Source of the DNA: Convolutriloba macropyga
Taxonomy: Eukaryota
Direction of reading: 5' to 3'
NCBI RefSeq assembly: GCF_964194025.1
Contig: NC_134468.1
Span: 32,440,354-32,490,000 of the forward strand
Length of the DNA stretch: 49,647 nt
Positions 38,542 through 49,647 of the stretch are shown piece by piece. Below the pieces are notes generated by a model. The model made no database searches and was not told the DNA's origin. It saw only the letters and a program-made list of their open reading frames with translations. A program made the position numbers and the translations under genes. Position 1 is the first letter of the stretch. Each line of letters opens with the position of its first letter.

Positions 38542-40940
38542 AATAGCCGCCTTATTTAGGCGCCCTCCTTTTTACTATCCAAAATTTTTTGTTTGTACTC
38601 CCCACCGCCACAGCTATGTGGGTGCATGCTAGTTGCATCCCCCAGACGCACTTAACATGTTTTAACGTAAAGATTTTTTATGTAATGAGGGGGTGCATAA
38701 CGTACTGGGGAGGGGGTGGGGGCACAAATGGAAACGATCCTGTCTTATTACTACTGAAAAAGGAGTATTGGTGGATCGTCTTGGTGGTTTTTGATGACTC
38801 GTGTAGCTGTGCGAGTAGGCGTGAAAAAGCTGGCGCTATGCGATCAAAGTTTTTTTGATCATGCGCGAGGCTTTTTACGGATATAACCCGCTCCAAAATT
38901 TTTCCGATTGTTTTTCAAATTTCTACAGTCCACGGAGTTTTGAGATTCTATCCGATTTTTCGATAGTTTCGGCAATCTGTTGAAGTGCGTGCTACCGTTT
39001 CTTCAGCTGTTTTTGGCAAAGATATTGAATAATTCAATTTTCGACATCTTTTTTCTATTTTAATTTTTTTGCTTTTTTTCATGAATATAGCTTTTCGGGA
39101 CAACTAGAATTTTTGAGCTGTGTCGCGTGGATTTATATAAATATTTCGGCACAGAATTAGTTTTGAGGACATAGGCATCAGCAATTTTTAAATAGTTTCT
39201 TTTTCCAACTTTTTTAGTTTGTTTTTTCATTTATGTTCCTACAGGTTTCTTCAATTCCAGTATGAAAATCCGTTTTTCTTCAGATTATTACCAGAGAGAA
39301 TTGGTTTTGATGACTTAGGTATAATTTTTGCTTTGAGTTCATGCGGTCTCTGAAGATGTTCAGTGTCTTGCTGCTGGGATATTGTTTTTACTTAGGCTTT
39401 CTAGTTTTGTTTAAGACGTGAATACAAGGAAAGTTTAAGAATTTTTGCGGTATTTTTTGATAATTTTATAATTTTTGTAATTTATGGTTTTTGGTTTTCT
39501 TTATTATGCTCAATTGTTCTGATTTTTGTTTAGATCTGCATACATTCTTTTGAATTTTTGTAGGTGAGACATCAAAATAGAGTTTTTATTTTAGCCATGA
39601 TAAAGTTTTTTATTGAGCGAAAAGGCGGGTACTTTAAAGCGTAAGATTTGTTTGCAGTGATTTGAAACGTCATGAGCAGCTCAAGACTGACGTGTCTAAC
39701 CATTTTTAGTAAAACATATGTGATTTTTTTTAATTGTTGCTCAATTTTTTGAAATTTTTAAACGTGATAAAATAAATTATTGAATTTAACACTCGAGCTT
39801 TAAATTCTAAGTTGTCCGAAATTTCGGAATCTTTTTTTTCTTTTTTGGTTGCTGAAGCTGAATGATCTCAATTGATGAGGCTTTGGTTTGGAATCATTGC
39901 ATCGTTGAATGGTTTCGTTGGTGAACTAACAGTTTAATTGACTTTGAAATGACCTAGGAGAGGTATCATTGGTTTTGTTCTTTCTCATTGAAGATTGTTT
40001 TGTTTTTTGTTTTTTGCTGTTTTGATGAGTCGCTACATGTTTAATGACTCTGACGCCACTGTTTCAAAAACTTGAAATTCGATTTCATCATTTTTTTAAC
40101 ATTTTGTCTTAGTTTTTTTGTTCTTCAAAATTGTTGTCGCCGTTTTGTTGACGCTTATTTCGAATAGTATTTGTTATTGGATTTATTAACCTTGATAACT
40201 AATTTTTAAAGGAACAGCAATGAAAGCTTGTTCTTTTACTACCCGTCCATGCTTGGATAACCTTGGACAGTTGTTTCTCTGATCAGACTTATCGTTTTCA
40301 TTTCTTTAAATTGTTGTTCGGTAGTTTTCCTGCTATCTTATGACTTGAAGATTAGTAGTCTTCTACATATTCTGGCCACTCGAAGATGAGTTTTGGTTTT
40401 ACATCGGTTTTTTTAGTTGGAGAAAGTTTGATCATTACTCGAGTTTTGACTTTTCTTTTCGAACATTCACCTCTGTTTTTGATGAACGTTCGTTTTTATT
40501 TTTCAACACTGGACTTTAACATTAGCTTAGTTTGTATTGTATAGTAATTAGGTACTACTGGTAGTATTGGAGGTGAAAAGGTAATTTGAGAATTTGTGAT
40601 CCCTTTAAGTCCCCCTACCTCTCTAAACTACAGAACAACCACCATCCTAGCAAACCTCCCTGCCGACCCTCTCGCCACCTAAAGCCCTATACCTAGCCCT
40701 CTGAACTACCAACCGTCCTATAACTACCCCTGGGCATCTATATACCCCTGACTACGCCGCCCACCTACCTTACAACCCCCACCCAACTACCTTACCATCC
40801 CCTACGCCTAATGCTCCACCTCTTTTCTACGTCCCCACACCTACCCACATTCCTGACTAAAACTTTTCTGAAATAGGTAGTGATAGGAAGTTTCTTTAAG
40901 CACGACTTTGAGTCGTTACCGGTAGTCTTCCGGCTATGTT
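38542..40940 (+). mobile_element. Probable decayed Helentron-like element(s)
   Basis: 5' AATAGCCGC at ~38543; hairpin CCGG-TAGTCTT-CCGG followed by CTATGTT at ~40919-40940; whether these ends belong together is uncertain. Confidence 0.4.
38585..38740. mobile_element. Same MITE family, diverged copy
   Basis: TTGCATCCCCCAGACGCAC core; right end GGGGGCACAAATGGAAACGATCC. Confidence 0.7.
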
Positions 40941-41849
40941 TTTTTTTAGCTCAAACAAGTTTGTGCATGTGCTGAAATTGTGAATATTTGTTTTCGAACT
41001 TTGACTTACATTAGATTATTGACTTCTGTTTTCAAACATTTGGCTTTAGGCGTAGCTTAGTTTTCATGTTAGTGATTAGGAACTGCTGGTAATGTTGAAT
41101 GTCGGAAGGTAATTTTGAGAAGTATTTTTCCCTTAACAGCCTTTGCTTATTATTCAATCTAGACTCTCACCCACCTGCCTACCCCCTATCTGCCTATCGA
41201 CCACGCGCACCCGCTGCCAACCTACAGACACCATCCGAATCCACCTGTCACCTACTTACTTATCACCCCCTCTCGAACTACCTCTCCGTACCCCCTCCCC
41301 CAACCTACGTACTTACTTACTCCTACCCCCGCCCCTCAAAAAGCTACCTTCCTAGCGCATGCCAGCACCAGCACCCCTCCTAGATCCTAGACAGCCGCTC
41401 CCCTCCCCCATAGACCTACCCAGACCCCTAAGCTATAAGTTGTGTCGCATTCTACATTTTGAATAGGATAATTACTTTCTCGTTGTTGCTTTCTTTGATT
41501 TTTTTGATTTAAGGTAATGTTAAGTTTGTGATTATATTGCTCGACTCTTAGTCTTTTCAGGTACTGTACCGGCTCTTTAATGTTTGCTTTAGCCTTTTTT
41601 CATTTTACATAGGTCACAAGTTTGACTTCTGATTTATGAATCAGCTCATTCAGAAGTCAAACGTAAAATGGTTTGAATTCTGGGATTTTATTTTGGTCCC
41701 ACAGTGTTTGATACGAGACCGAAGCCGGTTTTTATCACCTGCATTAGATTTTATTACCCCCAAAAAGAACTTTAATTGAATTACTTTAGTCAGAGAGTGA
41801 TTTGTAGAAATCAGCTTTGAAGCATAATAGTTTCATAAGGTTCAAATTT

Positions 41850-42480
41850 GCTATTGTGAACTTAATTCTCCATAAGAATTCGCACAACTAAATGTCTAAC
41901 ATCGATTCTTGACCGGCATATTTTTTTAAATAATGCGGGTGGCTTTTCGCCTCATACATTGCAGTCTGGGTGTGGTTGGCAGATCAACACAGTTTTAGCT
42001 ATGGTTGACAGTCTTGCTTTAAATCTTTGTCAACATCTAAGGCTTTGTATGCGTTCCAGCAGTCAGACGCTATGGTAGTGTTTGGTTTTGTTCTTTTTAA
42101 TACATTCTATAAGAATTGCCGACGTTCTATCCTTGACAGAACAAAGGAAGATTTTTGTGGTGTCTCTGCAGACACCACCAAAGACCCATTGTTGTGGAAG
42201 GACTCTACCTTTGATCGATTTGCGGCGCGTAAACATACTTTTGTCAATTTCCAGTGTCATTCCTTCTCCGCCTGATTTTGTTTAATTTTGTTTCAACAAC
42301 CCATGCAGAGACCTCTTGCGTATAATTATTGTAGTCCAGTGCACAACACATACCAAGTTAATTTTTGCAGTAATTAAGAGTCGGCATATTTTGTGACCAA
42401 GCATATATAAACATGAGGACCTTATCAAACCCGTTTGGACTCCTGGTTTATATAATTTCTGACCTGATCGGTTGCGCATA
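41850..42480 (-). pseudogene. Merlin (IS1016/ISXO2-like) DDE transposase relic
   Basis: GGEGMTLEIDKSMF.RRK..KGRVLPQQWVFGGVCR..V.DRTSAIL; frameshifted TIASDCWNAY; TVNHS; HTQT. These are characteristic ISXO2/Merlin motifs. Confidence 0.9.
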
Positions 42481-43194
42481 TAAGTAAGTGAATGATTTTT
42501 ATCATAATTTCAAATTTACTTTCCTGGTTAATAACTTTGAGTTAGTGCGGTATGTATTTAGTGTTTGAGTTGCGGGTAATTTTTTGTGACTTCTACTTCT
42601 GGCCTTGCTGCTTGTGCTCAGATTGTCCATGACCGGTTGATTTCACTGGCTGAATCCAAAGGCTCATTCTACTGCCAGTAGAGGCATGGTCGCTAATTGA
42701 GTAAGTAGGGGCTCTATCGTAAAATCTCGCCAGCCTAGTTTTTAAGTTGTTTGCAAATTGAAAAATTGAATTTAAGACCTAGGACACCTAGAAAATTACT
42801 CTACCTAGGACATCAGTTTTTTCTGATAACATGTAGCAACCCATAATCGACGGCAGAAAGCAGAGTTTTCTGCAGTCTCATATCATATATGCAAACTTTA
42901 TTTTTAATTTTGTTACGACTACAATTTAACTTTGCATTTTATTAAATTATTTTTAATGTAATGTTTTGTTCTTCATCAATCCTGGGCAGATCATTGTAGA
43001 CCATCTGGTATTGTTATCTGTACTCTTCATGTTACAGTTTCCATAGTGCCAGTCGGTCCTTCTTATCCATCTAATCTTGTGTTAAATTCTATAAATGTTA
43101 AATTTAATTCTATAAATTTTAAACTTTAAACTGTTCAATTCTTTTTTATGACGAAATTAATTCTTTCTTTCTTTCTTTCCCCCTATGTGCTTAG

Positions 43195-43470
43195 ATACAA
43201 AAGGCCGTATGCGAAACTTGTGGCAAGGCCTTATCTGCCCTACCTACATATCAGCTAGATGAAAATGAGCAAAAAGAAAAGTTAATATCAATTAGCCGAT
43301 GCAAGGGTGTAACCTGTGAATCGTGTGCCAAATTTGTCTACCACTCAGCCGTTCGAGCCAATGCTCTGAAGAAGGAATTGGACGACTGGCAAATAGAACA
43401 GGAAGAAGATTTGAGGTGTGATATATGTGCTGACATCTTTCAAGACAGCAATTCTCTGCACCGACATAAG
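43195..43470 (+). CDS. Zinc-finger gene exon (CETC...CESC module and start of finger 1)
   Basis: Polypyrimidine tract and TTAG acceptor; 92 open codons IQKAVCETCGK...CESCAK...CDICADIFQDSNSLHRHK; donor GTAACT. Confidence 0.85.
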
Positions 43471-43750
43471 GTAACTATTGATGGCTTTTAATGTTAGTTT
43501 ATCGCGTCTGGCGGAACAATCCGTGGGATACAAGATAACAAAGGAATTTAACATGCTCCAAACTTCGGAAATTAAACCAGCATGATATTGAAATGTATCT
43601 GACGTTTAAAATTTTCCACGGAACACAATTCAGAATTTAGATTTTTTTCGATTGAGAACCTGATCCTATCATCACTTTTTGGTTGGGTTTTGAGTGGGTA
43701 ACCAACTGAACAGATGTTCTCCTCGCTAGTAGTGCTATTTGATGTTGCAG

Positions 43751-43950
43751 AAAACACACAGCCGCCTCCTTCCTGCCAGTGGTGACACATTGCAATGTGA
43801 GAAGTGTCTGTTGAAATTTGCATCTGAGAGCCATTTAAGTGAGCACAATTGTCTTCTGGAGGAGGAAGAGAAGCCGTACTGTTGCAGAGTGTGCACAATG
43901 GCTTTCTCAACTATCAAGGAGTTGGCCAAACATGCTGTCAATTTACATAG
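43751..43950 (+). CDS. Zinc-finger gene exon (end of finger 1, fingers 2-3)
   Basis: TTGCAG acceptor; KTH completes finger 1; CEKC..HNC (atypical) and CRVC..H..H; donor GTTAGC, phase 2. Confidence 0.9.
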
Positions 43951-45676
43951 GTTAGCTATTGAATTTGAGTGATGTTTTATTTAAATGATCTTTACTGAAT
44001 AAGTTTGGGTTTTATTATCAAAGTTAGTGCGTGCGACCTATTGGGCATCAACAGTTGAAGGTCTGATTTTTTTTTAAAAAATTTTTTTGATTCGAAACCC
44101 TTTTGACTAACTAGGCAACCTGGTTGATCTATCTAACGTCCTTTTAACCAATTTTCTAAATCTGGATCGCGTGACATTACTGCTGATATTTTACGCGATC
44201 TGTAATAGGTTATTTAGATAATTACCTCAGAAATGAGAAATCAAAAATTGAAAAAGGAGAATTTTAGGAAAATTTGAAAATGTCACTATTTTAGCCTACC
44301 GTGAATATTCATGACTTTAATAACAAACGTTTTAACAATAATAATGCTTTCTTTTCAAATAAGCATTTAACAGTCAACATAATGAGTATAAACTAGACAT
44401 TTACAGTTAGGGAGATATGTATTTAGGGAGAAAATGTTATGGGTCAATAGACCTGTCCAAGTGATGTCTCCTTTAGCAAAATTGAGCATAGTATTTAATC
44501 ATTAACCGCAATTTAGAAAACTCTAGGTCTGATAAGAAATCCGATCTACTCAAACTAAATCGCGAAAAAATGTTTACCCAAATGTTATGTAAAGGATTTT
44601 TTATAAACGGTTTTGAGATCAACTGTTCAAAAATTGCCGGTTATTCAAGTCAAAAGATTAATAACGAGAGTTTTAAAGCCATTACATTGCAAAAAACGTT
44701 TGATATTTTTGAGGCTGTTTCGGCCTTTTGTGGACAACAGAGAGAATACTGTCCAATTTAATCACATTTGTCCAATTTAGGTTAACAGTCGCACACGATG
44801 AAAAAGCGATACGTTAACCGTGGACAACAGTGGCGAAAAAAAGCATTGAATTTTATTTGTAATTACTTGAGAACCAATTGAAAAACTTAATTGTTCTTAT
44901 GTACCGTGATATTGGTAGTTGCAAAACTGCCATCTTTCTTCTTAATCCACTATTAGTATTGCGAAGGAAATTCCTGACATTAATCGCCAATTAGGCTCTC
45001 TTTGTTCTAATTGACACTATCTTACTCGTTGGATACTGTAAATATAGACAACAGTGACGTGAGTTTTAAAATCTTTCAACTGATGTCCACGTTTGCTAAA
45101 AAGCAGCCGACAAAGTTGACGGATATTTACAAACTTAAAGCAAGTTTGATCTAATTTTGATTACTGTCACAAATAGCACACGGGCGTACAACCCTAATCT
45201 TGAAACATTGTCGCGAAAAATAGTGTCATCTTCGAGTAAATTTACTCGAGCAAATTTAACTTCTGCAACGTAGAGATGCTTTGGATAGTCGGACATTGAA
45301 AGGCCGCTTATTTGAGATTTTTAATTGCTCTCGTAGAGAAGCAATTATTGTAAACGTGTGTGTATTTTATGCAAAATTTTCGCCTGACCGTTTTGACTTT
45401 TCGAGTGACTTATATTGTTTTAGTGACTTTTCGATTGACTTTTTGCGTTTCGCGTGATCTAAATTTCTCTCTCAATCACAATTTCAAGCAGCTCAACTCA
45501 ATTGGTGGCAATTTAATACTAAAAGTCAAATGAAAAGTGCGCCGAAACTGGTGCCATTTTCCACTTTAAATCTTAATAGTGGTATATGCTAACATCTAAT
45601 GTGGTTATTTGAAGCCCACTATTGAACTTCTTACTCCCATTTAGGCTCCCCCTCCCTTATGTTTTATGTGATTTAG

Positions 45677-45968
45677 GGAAATGCAGAAGTACGAGTGCAA
45701 ATACTGTGAGAAAAAGTTTTCATCTGAAGCCCATTGTAACAGTCATGTGACTAGGGTGCATGCAATGGGGTTGTCAGTGGATGACGTCATATTTCCACCT
45801 CCTCAATCCGTCACATCTGCCACTAGAGGGAAAAAGAATGCCCTGCTGTGCAACGTGTGTGGAAAGGCTTTCAAAACTAAAGAGAAACTGGAACTGCATT
45901 GCAAATCTGTTCACAGTGACGAGAAGCCGTTCACATGTCCTGTTTGTCTCAAAAGCTTCCGACTTAAC
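45677..45968 (+). CDS. Zinc-finger gene exon (fingers 4-5, start of 6)
   Basis: TTTAG acceptor, phase 2 compatible; CKYC, CNVC, CPVC fingers with HSDEKPF linker; donor GTACGT. Confidence 0.92.
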
Positions 45969-46306
45969 GTACGTGTTTAGGACTAATATTATTAATTATG
46001 ATAAGTTTAGCTGTTTGAAAATTTATTCACTTTTGAACCATTCCATAAAAATTTAAAAGAATTTTAAATGGTAGAAGAATTTTTCGTTGGTGCAAGGGCT
46101 TTTAAAAGGCTCTTAGTTGCTTTTTCGGAAACTGCAAAAACGAACATCACTGTGGAGTTATAACTAAGTTTTCTCTATTACAGCGGCGATAGTTGCTATG
46201 TATTATAGTTTTCAAAATGAGAATTGTGGGACGCTTCAGGAAACGTAAGTTAATGGTGATCAGATGCGATGACTGGATAATATTGTCAAGTGTCCAACTG
46301 TTTCAG

Positions 46307-46514
46307 GATTACCTCAAACGGCACATGCTAATGCACGCTAGAAGCAGTAAAGGGGAATACGTGTGTGAATTCTGTGGCAAACAGTTCAGATTGAGTAACA
46401 ACTTAACGGAGCACAGACGAATACATACTGGTGAGAGGCCATACAGGTGTGACTTGTGCGGGTTGACCTTCACTCAAAACAGCACTCTTCGAAGACATAT
46501 CGTTGTACACACAA
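46307..46514 (+). CDS. Zinc-finger gene exon (end of 6, fingers 7-8)
   Basis: TTTCAG acceptor; [10 protein letters not shown] completes finger 6 with 12-residue spacing; HTGERPY linker; donor GTAAGT, phase 1. Confidence 0.93.
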
Positions 46515-46610
46515 GTAAGTTGGTCACCTTCAACTTGAATTAGCACGTAAATTTAACATTCAGCATGTTTGAGGAAAAAAAGTAGGAGCTTAGCGCGGTT
46601 TTGCCTTTTT

Positions 46611-48135
46611 AATAGCCGCACAGCGATAGCTGGGTCTATTATTGGCCTTCTCTTGGTTTTTTACAATTCAAAGAATTTGAATTGTATTGGGGCGCGTCTT
46701 TTTTTACGACTCGAAGATGAGTATTGAAGAAGTCCTTTTTTTAATCAATTTTATTGGAGTGATTTGTGAAGCGGGAAATGATTTGGAGTAATTTTGGTGC
46801 TGAACAAAAGTGAAGAGCGGATCGAGTGGTTTTTGTTCATACCGCTGTTTTTGAGAGAGCGAGAAATTGATGTGTGAAAAAATTTTCTCTAAGCGAGTGA
46901 AGTTTTTTTGTTCACATGCGGCTTTTAAAAGCAGTTTTTTGCAACTTTTGCTGGTTATGAGGTTTGATTTTGATATTGTATTAGTTTTAGGCTTGTTTTG
47001 ATAGGAATCGAAGGTTGCAAGTAGTTAATTTGAGTTTAAGGCTAATTTGGAGGTTTTTGATCACTTTTGCTGATTTTTAGACAAAATTTAATGATTTTTT
47101 GCCTGTTTTTTTTTGTTTTAATGCTTTAAGTGGGATTTAAATAGAAGTTTGTTACTTAAGGAATATTCAGATACCAATTGACTAAAGTTTTCTTGGTGTA
47201 AGTGGATTTTTTCTTAGAAAAATTGAGAAATTCTAAATGATTTTGTTTTGCAGTTTTTCTTTTTTTAAATCTTAGACAGTTTCTTAGCCTATTATGACTT
47301 GCCTATTGTTTTGCGAGTTTTTCATTGCTCTAATTGCAAAGGGGGGAACTTCACTCGGCTTTATGTTTCCTTGAACTATTAAAAAACTCATTAGTTCTAG
47401 TTTTTTTGTTCAATTTGTTTTTGAACGCCGTTTCTATTCTTTCTTAAATTTTTTATGGAATTTGTGGAGGTTCAGGGTTCACAATGGTTTTTCTAGTTGT
47501 TTAGCCATAAGTATGGACAATTTTTTCGTTCGAGTCGTTTCCGGAATTCTTCCGGCTATTGGAGTAATGATTTTGGTCGCACCGAAGCAAGAAATGGAGC
47601 GAAAAAGCGAGTGGTTTTGCGGCGTGATATTTTTTCGCTCTAATTTTAAAGTAGAGTGAGAAGTTGGTGTTTGAAAAAAATTCGCTTTCTCGCTAATGGT
47701 TCTTTGTTCACATGCGGCAATTTCACTTTGATTTTTACTGTTTTTTCGATTCTTTTTGATCGGATTTTCAAATGGTTTTCCCAATCCATTCATTGTTCAT
47801 TGGTGGAGCGAGTTTTTTGTTCATTCGCGTGATTAAATTTTTGGTCACGCTTGACTTAGCTCACTCTCAAAAATGACTTCCTCAGTTTGAAATTGAGTTC
47901 TAATTACTTTGATTCAAAGAGATAAGGTCAAATGGGTGTGTGCCACTCTAAATGAAGGTTATTTGAGAGCAGCTGATAGAGGCTGCAAAAACTTATACAG
48001 ATTTTAAATCAAAATATAACATATCAGCCTTTAATGAAAAGACGATTTTGTTTGATCTGTCTTTTTTACTGTTTTTTGAGACTGCAGATCTAGGAAGCTA
48101 TTGCGGCTATTTTCTGGCAATCTGCCAGCTATGTT
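46611..48135 (+). mobile_element. Helentron/DINE-1-like non-autonomous element (family 2), complete, intronic
   Basis: TTTTT|AATAGCCGCA 46611-46620; perfect inverse TGCGGCTATT 48102-48111, hairpin CTGGCA-ATC-TGCCAG, then CTATGTT; internal degenerate GAGCG..GAGTG..TTTTTGTTCA repeats. Confidence 0.8.
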
Positions 48136-48163
48136 TGACCGTTTTACGCTTCTCAAATTTTAT

Positions 48164-48300
48164 AATTGCTCTCAAACGAAGTTTGTAGCAATAGTACTAG
48201 TCCTGTGGTCTTTCAATGCGATATTTTGCTTGACCAATTTTTTGTCTAACCATTTTGCCTTTTTGTCCTCAAAAACGTGATAAACAGTCAGCGATCGAAG
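48164..48300 (+). mobile_element. 5' part of a family-1 Helentron-like element
   Basis: AATTGCTCTCAAACGAAGTTTGTAGCAA...CCTGTGGTCTTTCAATGCG matches 37546-37660. Confidence 0.7.
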
Positions 48301-48651
48301 GTTGAAACTTAGACGGCAATGTTTTTTTGATGCTCTTTTACAGGTTTTTGTCTGATGTTATTGACGTCAAAATCGGTTCGTATTCGGTCAACTGATGTTT
48401 TGAAAACCTAAAAATATTAAGACGAAAACCACCGTAATGGGTACATATCGTGGTTATTTTTACTTAAAATTAGTTTAAACAAACTTTTTCTGACCTTTCT
48501 ACGTATATTAGAACGTATATTTGCAATCTTTTTCTGCTACCTCATGCAAACCAATTTTTACATAAATCTCATCCAAACCAAAAATCTATAATTCTGCTCC
48601 CAGGGAGGACATTTTTCATGTTAATGTATATTGAGGTGATGGCTGTAATAG

Positions 48652-49011
<360 letters not shown>

Positions 49012-49078
49012 TAAATTCAATACAGAATTTTTCAGTGCCTCCAAGTGTTTCAAAACTCCTCTATTTTGAACAATTATT

Positions 49079-49647
49079 ATTAGCCGCCGTCAGCCTCTCA
49101 GACGGCTATTAGGCGGTCTCCTTTTTGCATTTCAAAGAATTTGAATTGTATTGGGGCGCTGTCTGTCTTCACACATTTTTCAATGACTTTGATCTTTCAA
49201 AACGGTATAAACAGGTAAAGCCCAGCGGGCATTAAGTTTCGTTAGAGGCCCAAAGTGGGCGTTAGTAGTCTTTCAAGTACTTAGAGTGGTACAGGTGCTG
49301 GGATGGCCTGAATTTAAGGTTAAAAGGCCATTTTTAGGAGTTTTTGAGCTCAAAATGGTGTAATCAATTTATCACGTTTTTTTTTGCGATTTTTTGAGTT
49401 TTTTTTGTTTGATTAGTCTTAGGTTAAACTTTTTGAAAGTTGAAGAAGGTCTTTTGCGAGACAAAATTACTTGTTATGGCCATTTTATGGGCCATATGTT
49501 TTGGTACTACAAACACAAGCACGCAAAATGATACTAATTTTTGCAATTTTTTTGAAAATGTTTTTCGTTTTTTGAGTTTTGCTATCCTCAGGGGCCAGGC
49601 AATCTCCTTTAGCGTTTGATAATAGGGCATTACATAATTTCTAGTAT
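49079..49647 (+). mobile_element. 5' part of a family-2 Helentron-like element (3' extent unknown)
   Basis: ATTAGCCGC start; TTCAAAGAATTTGAATTGTATTGGGGCGC shared with 46667-46696; AAAACGGTATAAACAGGTA..GGGCATTAAGTT shared with ~37640-37680. Confidence 0.65.

Noticed and set aside
41099-41383. Pro/Ser-rich ORFs
   Set aside because: By-product of a C-rich low-complexity tract; no evidence that they splice into the zinc-finger gene.
44025-44800. Weak inverted match GTGCGAC / GTCGCAC as a possible MITE
   Set aside because: Match is too short and no TSD was found.
46193-46306. N-terminal parts of ORFs 46193-46543 and 48679-49014 as separate genes
   Set aside because: Intronic read-in; acceptors at 46306 and 48736 give phase-correct fingers.

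Overview
AT-rich eukaryotic (invertebrate-animal-like) DNA in two parts. (1) About 0.3-36.6 kb is a block of decayed transposons whose recognisable coding remnants all lie on the minus strand. It holds a Ty3/Gypsy LTR-retrotransposon with the order gag-RT-RNaseH-integrase-extra ORF-env, where env resembles a class I viral fusion protein. Its 3' half is tandemly duplicated, and its 5' half is duplicated together with an adjoining CR1-like LINE. A ~4.3-copy, 2.2-2.7 kb tandem array derived from an internally deleted LINE follows. (2) About 36.7-49 kb is an intact-looking, spliced plus-strand C2H2 zinc-finger gene: six phase-compatible coding exons, about 10 fingers and an N-terminal CxxC...CxxC module. 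Its introns hold Helentron/DINE-1-like non-autonomous elements, a MITE and a Merlin (ISXO2-like) transposase relic. All calls come from manual translation and alignment; no searches were run, and TE boundaries are approximate.
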